Positions 1 through 8,875 of a stretch of DNA of 64,000 nt are shown here, in pieces. The number at the start of each line of letters is the position of its first letter. Positions within the stretch are counted from its first letter, which is position 1. The notes under the pieces are model-generated. The model saw nothing but the letters and a program-made list of their open reading frames with translations, was not told the DNA's origin and did no database searches. Source of the stretch: Candidatus Omnitrophota bacterium (lineage in GTDB: Bacteria; Omnitrophota; Gorgyraeia; Zapsychrales; Zapsychraceae); assembly GCA_028280285.1 (NCBI GenBank), contig JANQMA010000044.1:1521-65520 (forward strand), in the 5' to 3' direction. A program made the translations under genes and the position numbers.

Positions 1-934
1 TGTCGGGCCGGAGACCCTGGATTTAGCTGTTTCGCCGATTTTGAATGAAAAAGGTGAGTTTACCATGACTATGGTTTCCTGGTCGGTGGTGACAGACAGA
101 GTTAAAATGGCCGATGATTTTGAATCAGAAATCGGTGGCATTGTCAGCACTGTCTCGGATGCAGCACGTGAGATGCTTGAAAAAAGTGGTGTTCTTGCAT
201 CCTCTTCAGAGGAAACGGTTCGCCAAGCGCAATCGGTTGCGTCTGCTTCTGAAGAGGCTTCGGCTAATGTGAATACTGTTGCCTCAGCTGCCGAGGAGAT
301 GTCGGCCAGTATTAAAGAAATTGCGTCGCAGGTGCAGGAGTCGGCATCGATTGCCCAACAAGCGGTTAAGTCGTCTAATCAAACCGGGGAGACAATGAAA
401 AAGCTTGATATCTCAAGCCAAGAGATTGGTCAGGTTGTTAAGGTGATTAATTCGATTGCGCAGCAAACTAATCTGCTTGCGCTTAATGCAACCATTGAGG
501 CGGCCCGCGCCGGTGAGGCCGGTAAAGGTTTTGCGGTTGTAGCGAATGAGGTTAAAGAGCTTGCCAAACAAACTGCCAAGGCGACAGGGGAAATCGAACA
601 GAAAATCAGTGGTGTTCAAAATGATACAAAATCAGCTGTTGATTCTATTGCGGAAATCTCAGAGGTTATTAACCGTGTTGATCAAATTGCCGGTACTATT
701 TCCGCTGCTGTTGAAGAACAAAGTGCATCAACGGCTGAAATTGCCCGGAATGTGAGCGAAGCTTCCAAAGGAACCGCCGATGTAACGAAGACAATTACAG
801 AGGTTACGAAAGTCGCGGAGAGCTCCGGAAGAGATGCCAGCAACATCAAGGAATCGTCTGAAAGTTTAGGAAGCGAATCAAGTAAGCTTTCTCAAGCAGC
901 ACAGCAGTTTCTTGAAAAGATGAGAGCTTTTTAA
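1..934 (+). CDS. Methyl-accepting chemotaxis protein, 5'-truncated by the window edge (end of a PAS-like domain plus signalling domain)
   Basis: Frame is open from base 2 ([20 protein letters not shown]..., resembling a PAS C-terminus). Contains the hairpin motif [37 protein letters not shown]. Confidence 0.93.
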   Translation, partial: VGPETLDLAVSPILNEKGEFTMTMVSWSVVTDRVKMADDFESEIGGIVSTVSDAAREMLEKSGVLASSSEETVRQAQSVASASEEASANVNTVASAAEEMSASIKEIASQVQESASIAQQAVKSSNQTGETMKKLDISSQEIGQVVKVINSIAQQTNLLALNATIEAARAGEAGKGFAVVANEVKELAKQTAKATGEIEQKISGVQNDTKSAVDSIAEISEVINRVDQIAGTISAAVEEQSASTAEIARNVSEASKGTADVTKTITEVTKVAESSGRDASNIKESSESLGSESSKLSQAAQQFLEKMRAF

Positions 935-983
935 GTTATTGAAATTTAGAATTACACTATTTAATCAATTACTTTAAAAGGAT

Positions 984-1025
984 CATAATAAAATCCCACG
1001 GGCAGGGCTGTGGGATTTTATTATG
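984..1025. terminator. 16-bp perfect inverted repeat (terminator or REP-like hairpin) between the MCP and cheB
   Basis: cataataaaatcccac-gggcagggct-gtgggattttattatg. Confidence 0.5.
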
Positions 1026-1029
1026 TGGG

Positions 1030-2100
1030 GTGAATATGGGGGAAGAAAATAAAGAAAAAATAAATGTCCTGGTCGTCGATGATTCGGCGATTATCCGCGG
1101 CAGTATTATTGAGATGCTGGAGTCGCAAGACGATATCAATATTGTGGGTTCTGTTGAAAACGGAGAGCTTTGTCTTAAAAAGCTTGAAAAAGAAGACGTA
1201 GATATTGTGACGCTGGATATCGATATGCCGGTTATGGATGGACTGACAGCCTTGGGGCATATTGCCGAGCGTTTTCCGGAAGTTAAAGTGATTATGTTTA
1301 GCACCTTAACGGAAAAAGGATCTAAAGAAACCTTTCAGGCTTTATCTAAGGGAGCGAGTGATTTTTTAACCAAGCCTGGCTCGCGTGCGCATGGTGGGAT
1401 GAGCGTTAAGGAAGTAACTGTTTTATTGCTTGAAAAAATCCGGGGGTTGGCCCCTAAAGAAAAGCAAAGAGAGCATGTGCCGGATTCCACAAATGTGAAA
1501 CTCAAAGAGGCAAAGCTTCATGTAAAGCCTAGCGTCCTTTTAATAGGATCGAGCACAGGAGGACCGGATGCCTTAAGTATTTTTTTCAATCAGCTTGCTT
1601 TGGCCGGGGCCAGTTTACCGCCTGTTCTTGTGGCCCAACATATGCCGCCTTTATTTACGGAACAATTAGCCAAGCGTTTGGGCTTCGACTCTGGTATTGA
1701 ATGCAAAGAAGGGGAGGATCGTGAAATAATTAAATCAGGGGTGGTGTATATTGCTCCGGGCGATTATCATATGGTAGTTAAAAAGGATGGGGATGATACT
1801 ATCCTTTCGCTTAATCAAAAGGAAAGGATTAATTATTGCCGTCCGGCTGTCGATCCTTTGTTTGAATCAGCGGCTGAAATTTATGGGTCAAAGATACTTG
1901 CCGTTATCCTGACAGGTATGGGGCGCGACGGTTGTGATGGATCTAAAACAATTGTGGACAAAGGCGGTGTTGTCATTGCCCAGGATGAGGAATCATCTGT
2001 TGTGTGGGGTATGCCGGGCGCTGTTGCGGAAGCGGGCATTGCCTCAGCACTTCTTCCCGTTGATCAACTTGCTGACTATGTAAAAAGGAAAATCACATGA
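1030..2100 (+). CDS. cheB: Chemotaxis response regulator protein-glutamate methylesterase
   Basis: REC domain (VVDDS, LDIDMP) plus catalytic motifs GSSTGGP, QHMP and LTGMGRDG. Start may be the ATG at 1036. Confidence 0.96.
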   Translation: MNMGEENKEKINVLVVDDSAIIRGSIIEMLESQDDINIVGSVENGELCLKKLEKEDVDIVTLDIDMPVMDGLTALGHIAERFPEVKVIMFSTLTEKGSKETFQALSKGASDFLTKPGSRAHGGMSVKEVTVLLLEKIRGLAPKEKQREHVPDSTNVKLKEAKLHVKPSVLLIGSSTGGPDALSIFFNQLALAGASLPPVLVAQHMPPLFTEQLAKRLGFDSGIECKEGEDREIIKSGVVYIAPGDYHMVVKKDGDDTILSLNQKERINYCRPAVDPLFESAAEIYGSKILAVILTGMGRDGCDGSKTIVDKGGVVIAQDEESSVVWGMPGAVAEAGIASALLPVDQLADYVKRKIT

Positions 2101-2915
2101 TTATTGACGACAAAAGTTATAATTCCTTGGCCTCATTTTTAAAATCCCAAATGGGTCTCACTCTTGATGGGGATAAAAAATATCTTTTAGAAACTCGCCT
2201 GGAACCCCTATTACAAGAACATAACATTCCTGATTTTAAAGATCTGGTTTTCCAACTGGAGCAGACAAATAATAAGGTGCTTATAAATGAAGTATGTGAT
2301 GCGCTAACAACTAATGAATCACTCTTTTTTAGAGATGCAAAACCGTTTGAACTTTTAAAGACGGAGCTTCTTCCACAGATCATTAAACAGAATGAAGCGA
2401 CGAAGAAGGTAATGATCTGGTCGGTGGCGGCATCCACAGGCCAGGAAGCGTATTCTATATCGATGACAATCGATGAGACTTTTCTGCATTATAAAGACTG
2501 GGATTTTAAAATTATTGGGACTGATATTTCGGATATCGCTTTAGACAAGGCTAAACAGGGTGTTTATAGCGAATTTGAAGTTCGCAGAGGATTAACAGAA
2601 GAACACTTAAGAAAGTTTTTTACACAGGAGGACAAAGACTGGAAGATTAATGACCGGATTAAAGACCGGGTCGAGTTCCGCAAATTCAACTTAATCGAAG
2701 ATTTTAGTTATATGGAGACATTCGACATTATTTTTTGCCGCAATGTACTCATCTATTTTGATGTTGCCATGAAGCAGCAAGTGGTTAAAAATTTAAGCAG
2801 GCATTTAACACAAACAGGATATTTCTTTTTAGGGGCAACGGAATCGTTGATCGGTATATCCGATGATTTTGTCAAGGCCAGTGATCTGACGGCCGTTTAT
2901 AAAAAGAAACTCTAA
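2097..2915 (+). CDS. cheR: Chemotaxis protein methyltransferase
   Basis: TTNESLFFRD, WSVAASTGQEAYS, GTDIS, FCRNVLIYF. ATGA overlap with cheB. Confidence 0.96.
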   Translation: MIIDDKSYNSLASFLKSQMGLTLDGDKKYLLETRLEPLLQEHNIPDFKDLVFQLEQTNNKVLINEVCDALTTNESLFFRDAKPFELLKTELLPQIIKQNEATKKVMIWSVAASTGQEAYSISMTIDETFLHYKDWDFKIIGTDISDIALDKAKQGVYSEFEVRRGLTEEHLRKFFTQEDKDWKINDRIKDRVEFRKFNLIEDFSYMETFDIIFCRNVLIYFDVAMKQQVVKNLSRHLTQTGYFFLGATESLIGISDDFVKASDLTAVYKKKL

Positions 2916-2931
2916 AATTGTAAGGAAAAGT

Positions 2932-3906
2932 ATGAGTAATACATCAGTCGAAAAACCATCCTTCCATGTTGAAGATCATTTATTCAGCAATCCTTCCGGG
3001 CCGCGACTATGTTGCCACTCGGCGAGTATCTTTGAGACACAATCAAAAAAGCTGATTGTGACCTGGTACGCTTATGAAAGTGAAGAGACAGAAGCGGCGA
3101 CATTGGTTGTCGCGCAAAAATCTATTGATGGCCGGAAGTGGGGCGCGCCTAAGTTTGTTTTTACGGAACCAACCTCGTCATTAGGTAATCCTTGTCTTTA
3201 TCAGGAAGAGAGCGGAAGATTATGGCTTTTATATGTAACGCTTAAAGGTAATTACTGGGACAGTGCTAATATCTGCGGCATCTATAGCGATGATGACGGT
3301 ATTAACTGGTCCAGTTCGCAGACGATTTGTATGGACAAAGGGATTATGATTCGTCACAATCCAATTGCCTTTGATGCGAATCATGCCCTTGTCCCGGCCT
3401 ATGATGAAAGTAGTGGGGAGACTATTCTGTTTAAGACGGGCGATCCTTTTTCTAAATGGCAGGAGATGTACCGTTTTAAAAATTTTCCTCTTTTTCAGCC
3501 CTCTCTAATTCGTATTGACGATCAAAAACTGCTTATTTTTTTCAGGCCCAAGACAGATCCCCGTCTTATTTGGCGTAGTTTTTCAACCGATAATGGGAAA
3601 AACTGGGGGGTTCCTATCAAAACAGCTTTGGAAAATCCATTAAGCGGATTGGATATCACGGCCTATGACGATAAAGTTATATTATTATATAACCCTACCG
3701 ATGAATCACGATGGCCGCTTTCGATTAATTACTCGACCAACGAAGGATTGACTTGGCGGGATCCAGTCACACTCGAAGGCGCTGACTTTGAAGTCTCTTA
3801 TCCGGCGATTATTACGGGATCGGATGGCAAGTGTCATGGCGTCTTTACGTATAACCGACGAAAAATAAAATATGTAAGTTTTGATCCGGAGGGGCTATGG
3901 GTTTAG
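2932..3906 (+). CDS. BNR/Asp-box beta-propeller, exo-alpha-sialidase-like protein, no signal peptide
   Basis: Asp boxes SDDDGINW, STDNGKNW and STNEGLTW; C-terminal SYPA and TYNRRKIKY as in BNR_2-type proteins. Confidence 0.8.
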   Translation: MSNTSVEKPSFHVEDHLFSNPSGPRLCCHSASIFETQSKKLIVTWYAYESEETEAATLVVAQKSIDGRKWGAPKFVFTEPTSSLGNPCLYQEESGRLWLLYVTLKGNYWDSANICGIYSDDDGINWSSSQTICMDKGIMIRHNPIAFDANHALVPAYDESSGETILFKTGDPFSKWQEMYRFKNFPLFQPSLIRIDDQKLLIFFRPKTDPRLIWRSFSTDNGKNWGVPIKTALENPLSGLDITAYDDKVILLYNPTDESRWPLSINYSTNEGLTWRDPVTLEGADFEVSYPAIITGSDGKCHGVFTYNRRKIKYVSFDPEGLWV

Positions 3907-4511
3907 AAAATATTCAAGATTTTAAAAATATACATAGAGATAAGAACTTATTCATCCTTGCGTCAGGTTCTTCGCTTAATGATTGTGATTTAAGCAAGCT
4001 TAAAAACAAAATTGTTATGGGATTAAACAGATCGTTTAAGGCCTATCCGGAACCGTATTATCACTGTGTCATGGATTTAAGGCTTTTTGAAATGTATAAT
4101 CAGGAGTTTAGAAAGGCAAGGTATTTATTTACATTGGAGGGTCGCCCCTTTGGCGTTCCAATTAAATTATTAGGGGCTGAGGGCTTTAGTTTTGATTTAG
4201 AAGAAGGCATTTATACGGGATATACCATTTGTTATTTAGCCATGCAATTGGCCTGCTATATGGGATTTAAGAAGATATTTTTTCTTGGGCTCGACTTAAA
4301 ACATGAAGGCTATAACACTCACTTTTTTGGTCATGATGCCAATACGGCCGGCACGTCTTATGAAGAATCCGAGTTTGTCAAAATGAAAAGAATGCTCGAG
4401 CAAGGTGCTAAAACCTTAAGAGACCAAGGGTACAGAGTCTATAATTGTAGTCCCGTTTCTAATTTGAAAAATTTCGAAAAGGTAGACTATGAGTGGACGC
4501 TTCAGCAATAG
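3897..4511 (+). CDS. DUF115 / MptE-like (Maf flagellin glycosyltransferase-like fold) protein
   Basis: FILASGSSLN, MGLNR, AMQLACYMGFKKIFFLGLDL, HFFG, VYNCSP. Confidence 0.75.
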   Translation: MGLENIQDFKNIHRDKNLFILASGSSLNDCDLSKLKNKIVMGLNRSFKAYPEPYYHCVMDLRLFEMYNQEFRKARYLFTLEGRPFGVPIKLLGAEGFSFDLEEGIYTGYTICYLAMQLACYMGFKKIFFLGLDLKHEGYNTHFFGHDANTAGTSYEESEFVKMKRMLEQGAKTLRDQGYRVYNCSPVSNLKNFEKVDYEWTLQQ

Positions 4512-5088
4512 AAAAATACTCACATCAAAGCCTGCCCTCGACGAGTATAATCAAAAATATCATGAATTATATTTTTCGTTGGGAGATGCAGCGACCTACA
4601 AAAGGCTGCGTATTGTTGAATCTGGTTTGGTGAGTTGTTTTGATGATTCCAATATATATGATCCACAAAAACTTCAAGTTATGTCTTTGACCAAAGAAGG
4701 GGAAGTTCTAGGTGTTACGTCATTCGGAATTTTTACGAATAGTAAACGAACCGAAAGTCAAAATTTATATGCACGCATCGATTTGGTTATTACAGAAAAA
4801 AAATGGCGTGGGTTTGGCGTCGCAAGGATTTTAGTTTTAAGCGTTCTGGTTTATATTCTTGAGTTATATCGCAAACGTTTGTACTCAATAAGTTGTTTGG
4901 CCGCGCATGAGGCTATTGCCAATATTTTAGAAAGTATTTCATTTACGGGTGACAGGCGTGATGAAAAAGGCTTTACGCATGAAACACTTAGCTTTGAAGC
5001 AATTGATCCGAATGAGTACTTTACCGTGCGTAAATCCGAATTAGAGGACAATTTGGATAAGTGCTATCAAAAGTTGTATAAAAAATGA
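4489..5088 (+). CDS. GNAT-family acetyltransferase
   Basis: Acetyl-CoA motif A: IDLVITEKKWRGFGVARIL. Confidence 0.7.
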   Translation: MSGRFSNRKILTSKPALDEYNQKYHELYFSLGDAATYKRLRIVESGLVSCFDDSNIYDPQKLQVMSLTKEGEVLGVTSFGIFTNSKRTESQNLYARIDLVITEKKWRGFGVARILVLSVLVYILELYRKRLYSISCLAAHEAIANILESISFTGDRRDEKGFTHETLSFEAIDPNEYFTVRKSELEDNLDKCYQKLYKK

Positions 5089-6068
5089 CATCTTCCCGGT
5101 TTGGATATTTTTGGAACAAAGAGTTAAGTTTAAGAAATACCGGTGCCCTTTGTCCGGAATCACCGGCGAGATATGATATTCTTGCGCCTAACCGGGTATT
5201 TACCGACGGAATAAAATACCAGCATTGTGATTTTACCGCGTTTAATCCCCGTATCTTAAACAGTGCGCATGATGCGGAGTATATTCAGCATGTTCGAGAT
5301 GCGTATAAAAACAATATCCGTTATTTAGATGCGCGCGACACTGTTGTCACGGAAGATATTTTTGATAAAGCTGTTCTCTCGGCAAGCGCGGGATGCCATG
5401 CTGTGGATAAAGTGATGCAGGGCGAGCTCATGACGGCATTTTGTGTGGTAAGGCCTCCCGGTCATCATGCCAACCGTATCCGCGGGATGGGTTTTTGTGT
5501 CTTTAATAATGTTGCGGTTGCCGCCAAGTATACCCAGGATAATTATGATATCGAGCGTGTAATGATTGTTGATTGGGATGTTCATCCTGGTAATGGTACC
5601 CAGGAAATACTTTATGAAGATCCGAGTGTTTTAACTATATCATTGCACCAAGCTGATTTATTTCAAGGAACAGGAGAGGAGAGTTTGACTGGTCGTGGGG
5701 AGGGAGAAGGGTTTAATCAAAATGTTGCCTTTCCGGGTAATATTAAACCTGATGAATATATTAAACGATTTGAAGAGGTTATTGGTCAAAGTGCGCAAAA
5801 ATATAAACCAGAACTTTTACTTATTTCCGCCGGGTTTGATGCGCACAAAAATGATCATGTCTCACAGATCGCTTTATCCGACGAGGATTTTGCAAAAATG
5901 ACCGACATTATTTTAAACGTGACCCAAGCTTTTACCAAGGGGCGCACAGTCAGTGTGCTTGAAGGAGGATATAATATCGGATCTTTGCTCTCTGGAGTGC
6001 GAGCGCACTGTGGTGTGCTGTCGCAATTTGCTGAAACTCAATCAAAGAAGGGAAACTCATATGTCTAA
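5085..6068 (+). CDS. Histone deacetylase family (AcuC/APAH-like) Zn-dependent deacetylase
   Basis: RPPGHHA, GFCVFNNVA, DWDVHPGNGTQ, SAGFDAH and LEGGY are all intact. Confidence 0.95.
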   Translation: MTSSRFGYFWNKELSLRNTGALCPESPARYDILAPNRVFTDGIKYQHCDFTAFNPRILNSAHDAEYIQHVRDAYKNNIRYLDARDTVVTEDIFDKAVLSASAGCHAVDKVMQGELMTAFCVVRPPGHHANRIRGMGFCVFNNVAVAAKYTQDNYDIERVMIVDWDVHPGNGTQEILYEDPSVLTISLHQADLFQGTGEESLTGRGEGEGFNQNVAFPGNIKPDEYIKRFEEVIGQSAQKYKPELLLISAGFDAHKNDHVSQIALSDEDFAKMTDIILNVTQAFTKGRTVSVLEGGYNIGSLLSGVRAHCGVLSQFAETQSKKGNSYV

Positions 6069-6441
6069 AGAAGTAATCTTTATCCGTCTTGTCCAAATTG
6101 TCATCAGTTTGAATACACTTATTTTTATTTACGGCATTATGCAAGCGAAGAAAGGCAATATTGATCTGCACAAAAAAATCAACGGCGTAACCGCTCTTGT
6201 CACAATTCTTGGTGTTATTGGTTTAGTGATAACGGTTATACTTGGGTTTGATTATCATTCATTAACAACCCCATTAAGGATGACGATTCACCGGTCTTTC
6301 GCCAGTCCTTTATTTGTTTTACTTCTTCTGACGGTTTATTTTGGATGGCGTGAGAATCGTGCGTGGCATTTACGTCTTGTTTATATAACAATCCCTTTTT
6401 GGTTAGGGACATTTATTACGGGCATAGTATTTTTCTTATGA
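6061..6441 (+). CDS. DUF420-like small integral membrane protein
   Basis: About 4 TM segments with HKK..., HR..., WHLRL and GTFITG motifs. ATG at 6061 follows AAGGGA and overlaps the HDAC stop. Confidence 0.6.
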   Translation: MSKEVIFIRLVQIVISLNTLIFIYGIMQAKKGNIDLHKKINGVTALVTILGVIGLVITVILGFDYHSLTTPLRMTIHRSFASPLFVLLLLTVYFGWRENRAWHLRLVYITIPFWLGTFITGIVFFL

Positions 6442-7955
6442 AACGCGGACTTAAGTACGGCCAAGCGCTTAGTTATGGTGCCTTGGCCAAATTCACTCCA
6501 GGCGAAAATGCCAAGAAGGCACTTAGACGGGCCTTTGCCAAAAAACTCGTCGAGCTTCGCGGTGTTCCCATGAAGTTAAGCCAAATCCTTTCTATGGGAA
6601 ATAGTGCAGAGCAGACATTGGCGCATAAAGAAGCGATTGTTGATATTGAGCCGATGCCATTTGCATTTGTCGAAGAATATCTCCAAAAGAATGCTTCCGG
6701 TTTAATGGAAAAAGTGAGTGTCATCGAACCACAAGGTTTGGCCGCTTCCCTCGGGCAAGTTCATAAAGCAGAGACTAAAAATAAAGACACGCTTGCGATT
6801 AAAATAAAATATCCTGATATTTTTTCGCACATGGATATGGATAATGCCTTGTTCGGACTTGTGACAAAGACATTTAATAATTTTAAAGAAGGCTTTACTC
6901 TTCAGGATTATCAGAAAATTATACGCGCCGAATTAGAAGGCGAATTGGATTATCCACAGGAAGTAAAAAAACAACAAGAGCTTTTTGCCATATTTTCTAA
7001 TTCAGATACGATTGTTATTCCTCAGGCATTTCAAGAAATGTCGGGTGAGGATCACATTGCGATGACATGGGAGGATGGCCTTCCGATCGATTCATTTTTA
7101 AAACAGGCCAATGATCGTCAGAAAAAAGATATCGTTAATTCTTTCCTTGATTTTTATTTCACGGCTATATTTGAACATGGTATCATTCATGCCGATCCCA
7201 ATCGCGGTAATTTTGCGTTTCGTGTCCAAGGGGAAGAAGCCAAGCTTGTTGTTTATGACTTTGGTTCTGTTGTTTATTTTGATCGTGAGCGGGCCCTTGC
7301 GCTTTTAAAAATTATGCAGTTAACGAAAAGGGGGGAAGGTGACCTCTTGCCGTGGTTGGTGCAAGTCGGTTTTGATGCGGAATTACTCAAACCATTGCAA
7401 AAGAGTTTGCTTGCTTTCTGTGAACTCTTGTTTGAGCCATTCTTATCAGAAAGGCGTTATGATTTAAACACTTGGAATCGTAAAAAAAGAGCAGAGGATA
7501 TCCTCGGGGAGCATCGTTGGAATTTTATGATTGCGGCCAATGCCGATTTGCTTCCCTTTATGCGCGCGATGCAGGGATTATTTTATTATCTTAATGAGTT
7601 AGATGTAGGAATGTATGCACGACCCAAGGTTGAGCAGCTATGGAGTAAATGCAGAGAAGAATTAAGGAGTTTACAGCCGCCGCAGGTGGAGGGTGAGTCT
7701 ATTGATTTGGCCATGGCTAAGTATTTAAAGATACAGGTCTTTGAAAATGGGCAACAAAAGGTCGCATTGTCTTTCCCACGCATGAGCATTGAGAATTTGG
7801 AAGATATTGTCCCCGATGATGTGGAAGAAAAGCTTCATGAACAAAATATTAAAATTGATGACATTGTACAAAAGTCCAGGCAAAATGGGTATGAACCAAT
7901 GGATTTGTTTAAAGTAAGCAAGGGGACCAAAAATATAAGAGTAGCGCTGGAGTGA
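6438..7955 (+). CDS. ABC1/UbiB/AarF family atypical kinase
   Basis: MKLSQILS, AASLGQVH, AIKIKYP, ELDY, HADPNRGN, YDFG. ATGA overlap at 6438. Confidence 0.9.
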   Translation: MKRGLKYGQALSYGALAKFTPGENAKKALRRAFAKKLVELRGVPMKLSQILSMGNSAEQTLAHKEAIVDIEPMPFAFVEEYLQKNASGLMEKVSVIEPQGLAASLGQVHKAETKNKDTLAIKIKYPDIFSHMDMDNALFGLVTKTFNNFKEGFTLQDYQKIIRAELEGELDYPQEVKKQQELFAIFSNSDTIVIPQAFQEMSGEDHIAMTWEDGLPIDSFLKQANDRQKKDIVNSFLDFYFTAIFEHGIIHADPNRGNFAFRVQGEEAKLVVYDFGSVVYFDRERALALLKIMQLTKRGEGDLLPWLVQVGFDAELLKPLQKSLLAFCELLFEPFLSERRYDLNTWNRKKRAEDILGEHRWNFMIAANADLLPFMRAMQGLFYYLNELDVGMYARPKVEQLWSKCREELRSLQPPQVEGESIDLAMAKYLKIQVFENGQQKVALSFPRMSIENLEDIVPDDVEEKLHEQNIKIDDIVQKSRQNGYEPMDLFKVSKGTKNIRVALE

Positions 7956-7967
7956 TCCCGTGGAGGT

Positions 7968-8312
7968 GTGATTATGAAACGGTTTTTAAGAGTGGAGTTT
8001 CTAGACGGATCTATCTGGGATATCCCATTGCATTATATTGCGACCGAAGTTGCTAAAATGCTTACCGATGAGGAGACCGGAACGGATAAATTTCAAGGTG
8101 GTGAAGTTTACAGGCAAGTGTATAAAAGAGTGTGGGAAGATCTATTTCAGGATGAAAACCGATTGGTTGAATATGCACAGTCAAAAACGGGTTGGGAGGA
8201 TTATAAAAAGTTTGCTAAGTGTGCTAAAGAGAAAACTATAGATTTACCTGCCGAGGTCGAGCACGCGGTCGAATGGCCGAAAGCAAAAATGGAAGTGATT
8301 ATTATGGCATGA
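7968..8312 (+). CDS. Hypothetical protein
   Basis: Strong SD (GGAGGTG), with ATG at 7974 as the probable start; ATGA coupling to the next gene. Confidence 0.7.
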   Translation: MIMKRFLRVEFLDGSIWDIPLHYIATEVAKMLTDEETGTDKFQGGEVYRQVYKRVWEDLFQDENRLVEYAQSKTGWEDYKKFAKCAKEKTIDLPAEVEHAVEWPKAKMEVIIMA

Positions 8313-8674
8313 AGAAAATCATTTTAAATATCTGTGGCTTATCATGCGTTGTCCTTGCCGGCATTGGAACGGTTGTGCCGGGGTTGCCGACAACGCCTTT
8401 TTTACTCGTTGCGGCTGCCTGCTTTGCCAAATCATCCCCCAAACTCCACAACTGGCTTTTGACCAACAAAGTCTTTGGTCCGATTATCAAAAATTGGCAG
8501 GAAACAAGAACAATACCCAAACGGGCCAAGTGGATTTCTTTAATTACCGTTATTCTTGTTGCAACCTGCTCGATTTTTACCTTAAACAATGTGTATTTGA
8601 AGGCAATGATTGTTATTATCCTTATTTTTCCGATTATTTTTCTATTTCGGCTTAAGGAAACAGAGGCGCTTTGA
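8309..8674 (+). CDS. ybaN: YbaN / DUF454 inner membrane protein
   Basis: GIGTVVPGLPTTPFLLVAAACFAKSSPKLHNWLL..FGPII.NW. Confidence 0.9.
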   Translation: MKKIILNICGLSCVVLAGIGTVVPGLPTTPFLLVAAACFAKSSPKLHNWLLTNKVFGPIIKNWQETRTIPKRAKWISLITVILVATCSIFTLNNVYLKAMIVIILIFPIIFLFRLKETEAL

Positions 8675-8875
8675 GGTGATTTTAAATCAGTAGCCTGAAT
8701 TTTTTATGAAAAATTTAACAATTTACTTGCCTTTTATATTTTTATAGTAATAATAAATTCATATATAACTTTACTTTAAATTGCTGCAAACAAACAAGAT
8801 AGAAATAAATCATACAAAAAAGCCTTTAAGTCAGGTAATCATGCGTTATTCTCCATATAAAGGCAAGGAGCGGAC

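Noticed and set aside
41-934. ORF-track start at TTG 41 for the first MCP
   Set aside because: The frame is open to the window edge with PAS-like sequence, so the real start lies upstream.
5953-6437. Long N-terminal extensions for DUF420 (5953) and the ABC1 kinase (6363)
   Set aside because: They overlap upstream genes heavily; coupled starts at 6061 and 6438 fit better.
8675-8875. Sigma28 (FliA) promoter for the second che cluster
   Set aside because: No convincing TAAA-N15-GCCGATAA; the region is simply AT-rich.
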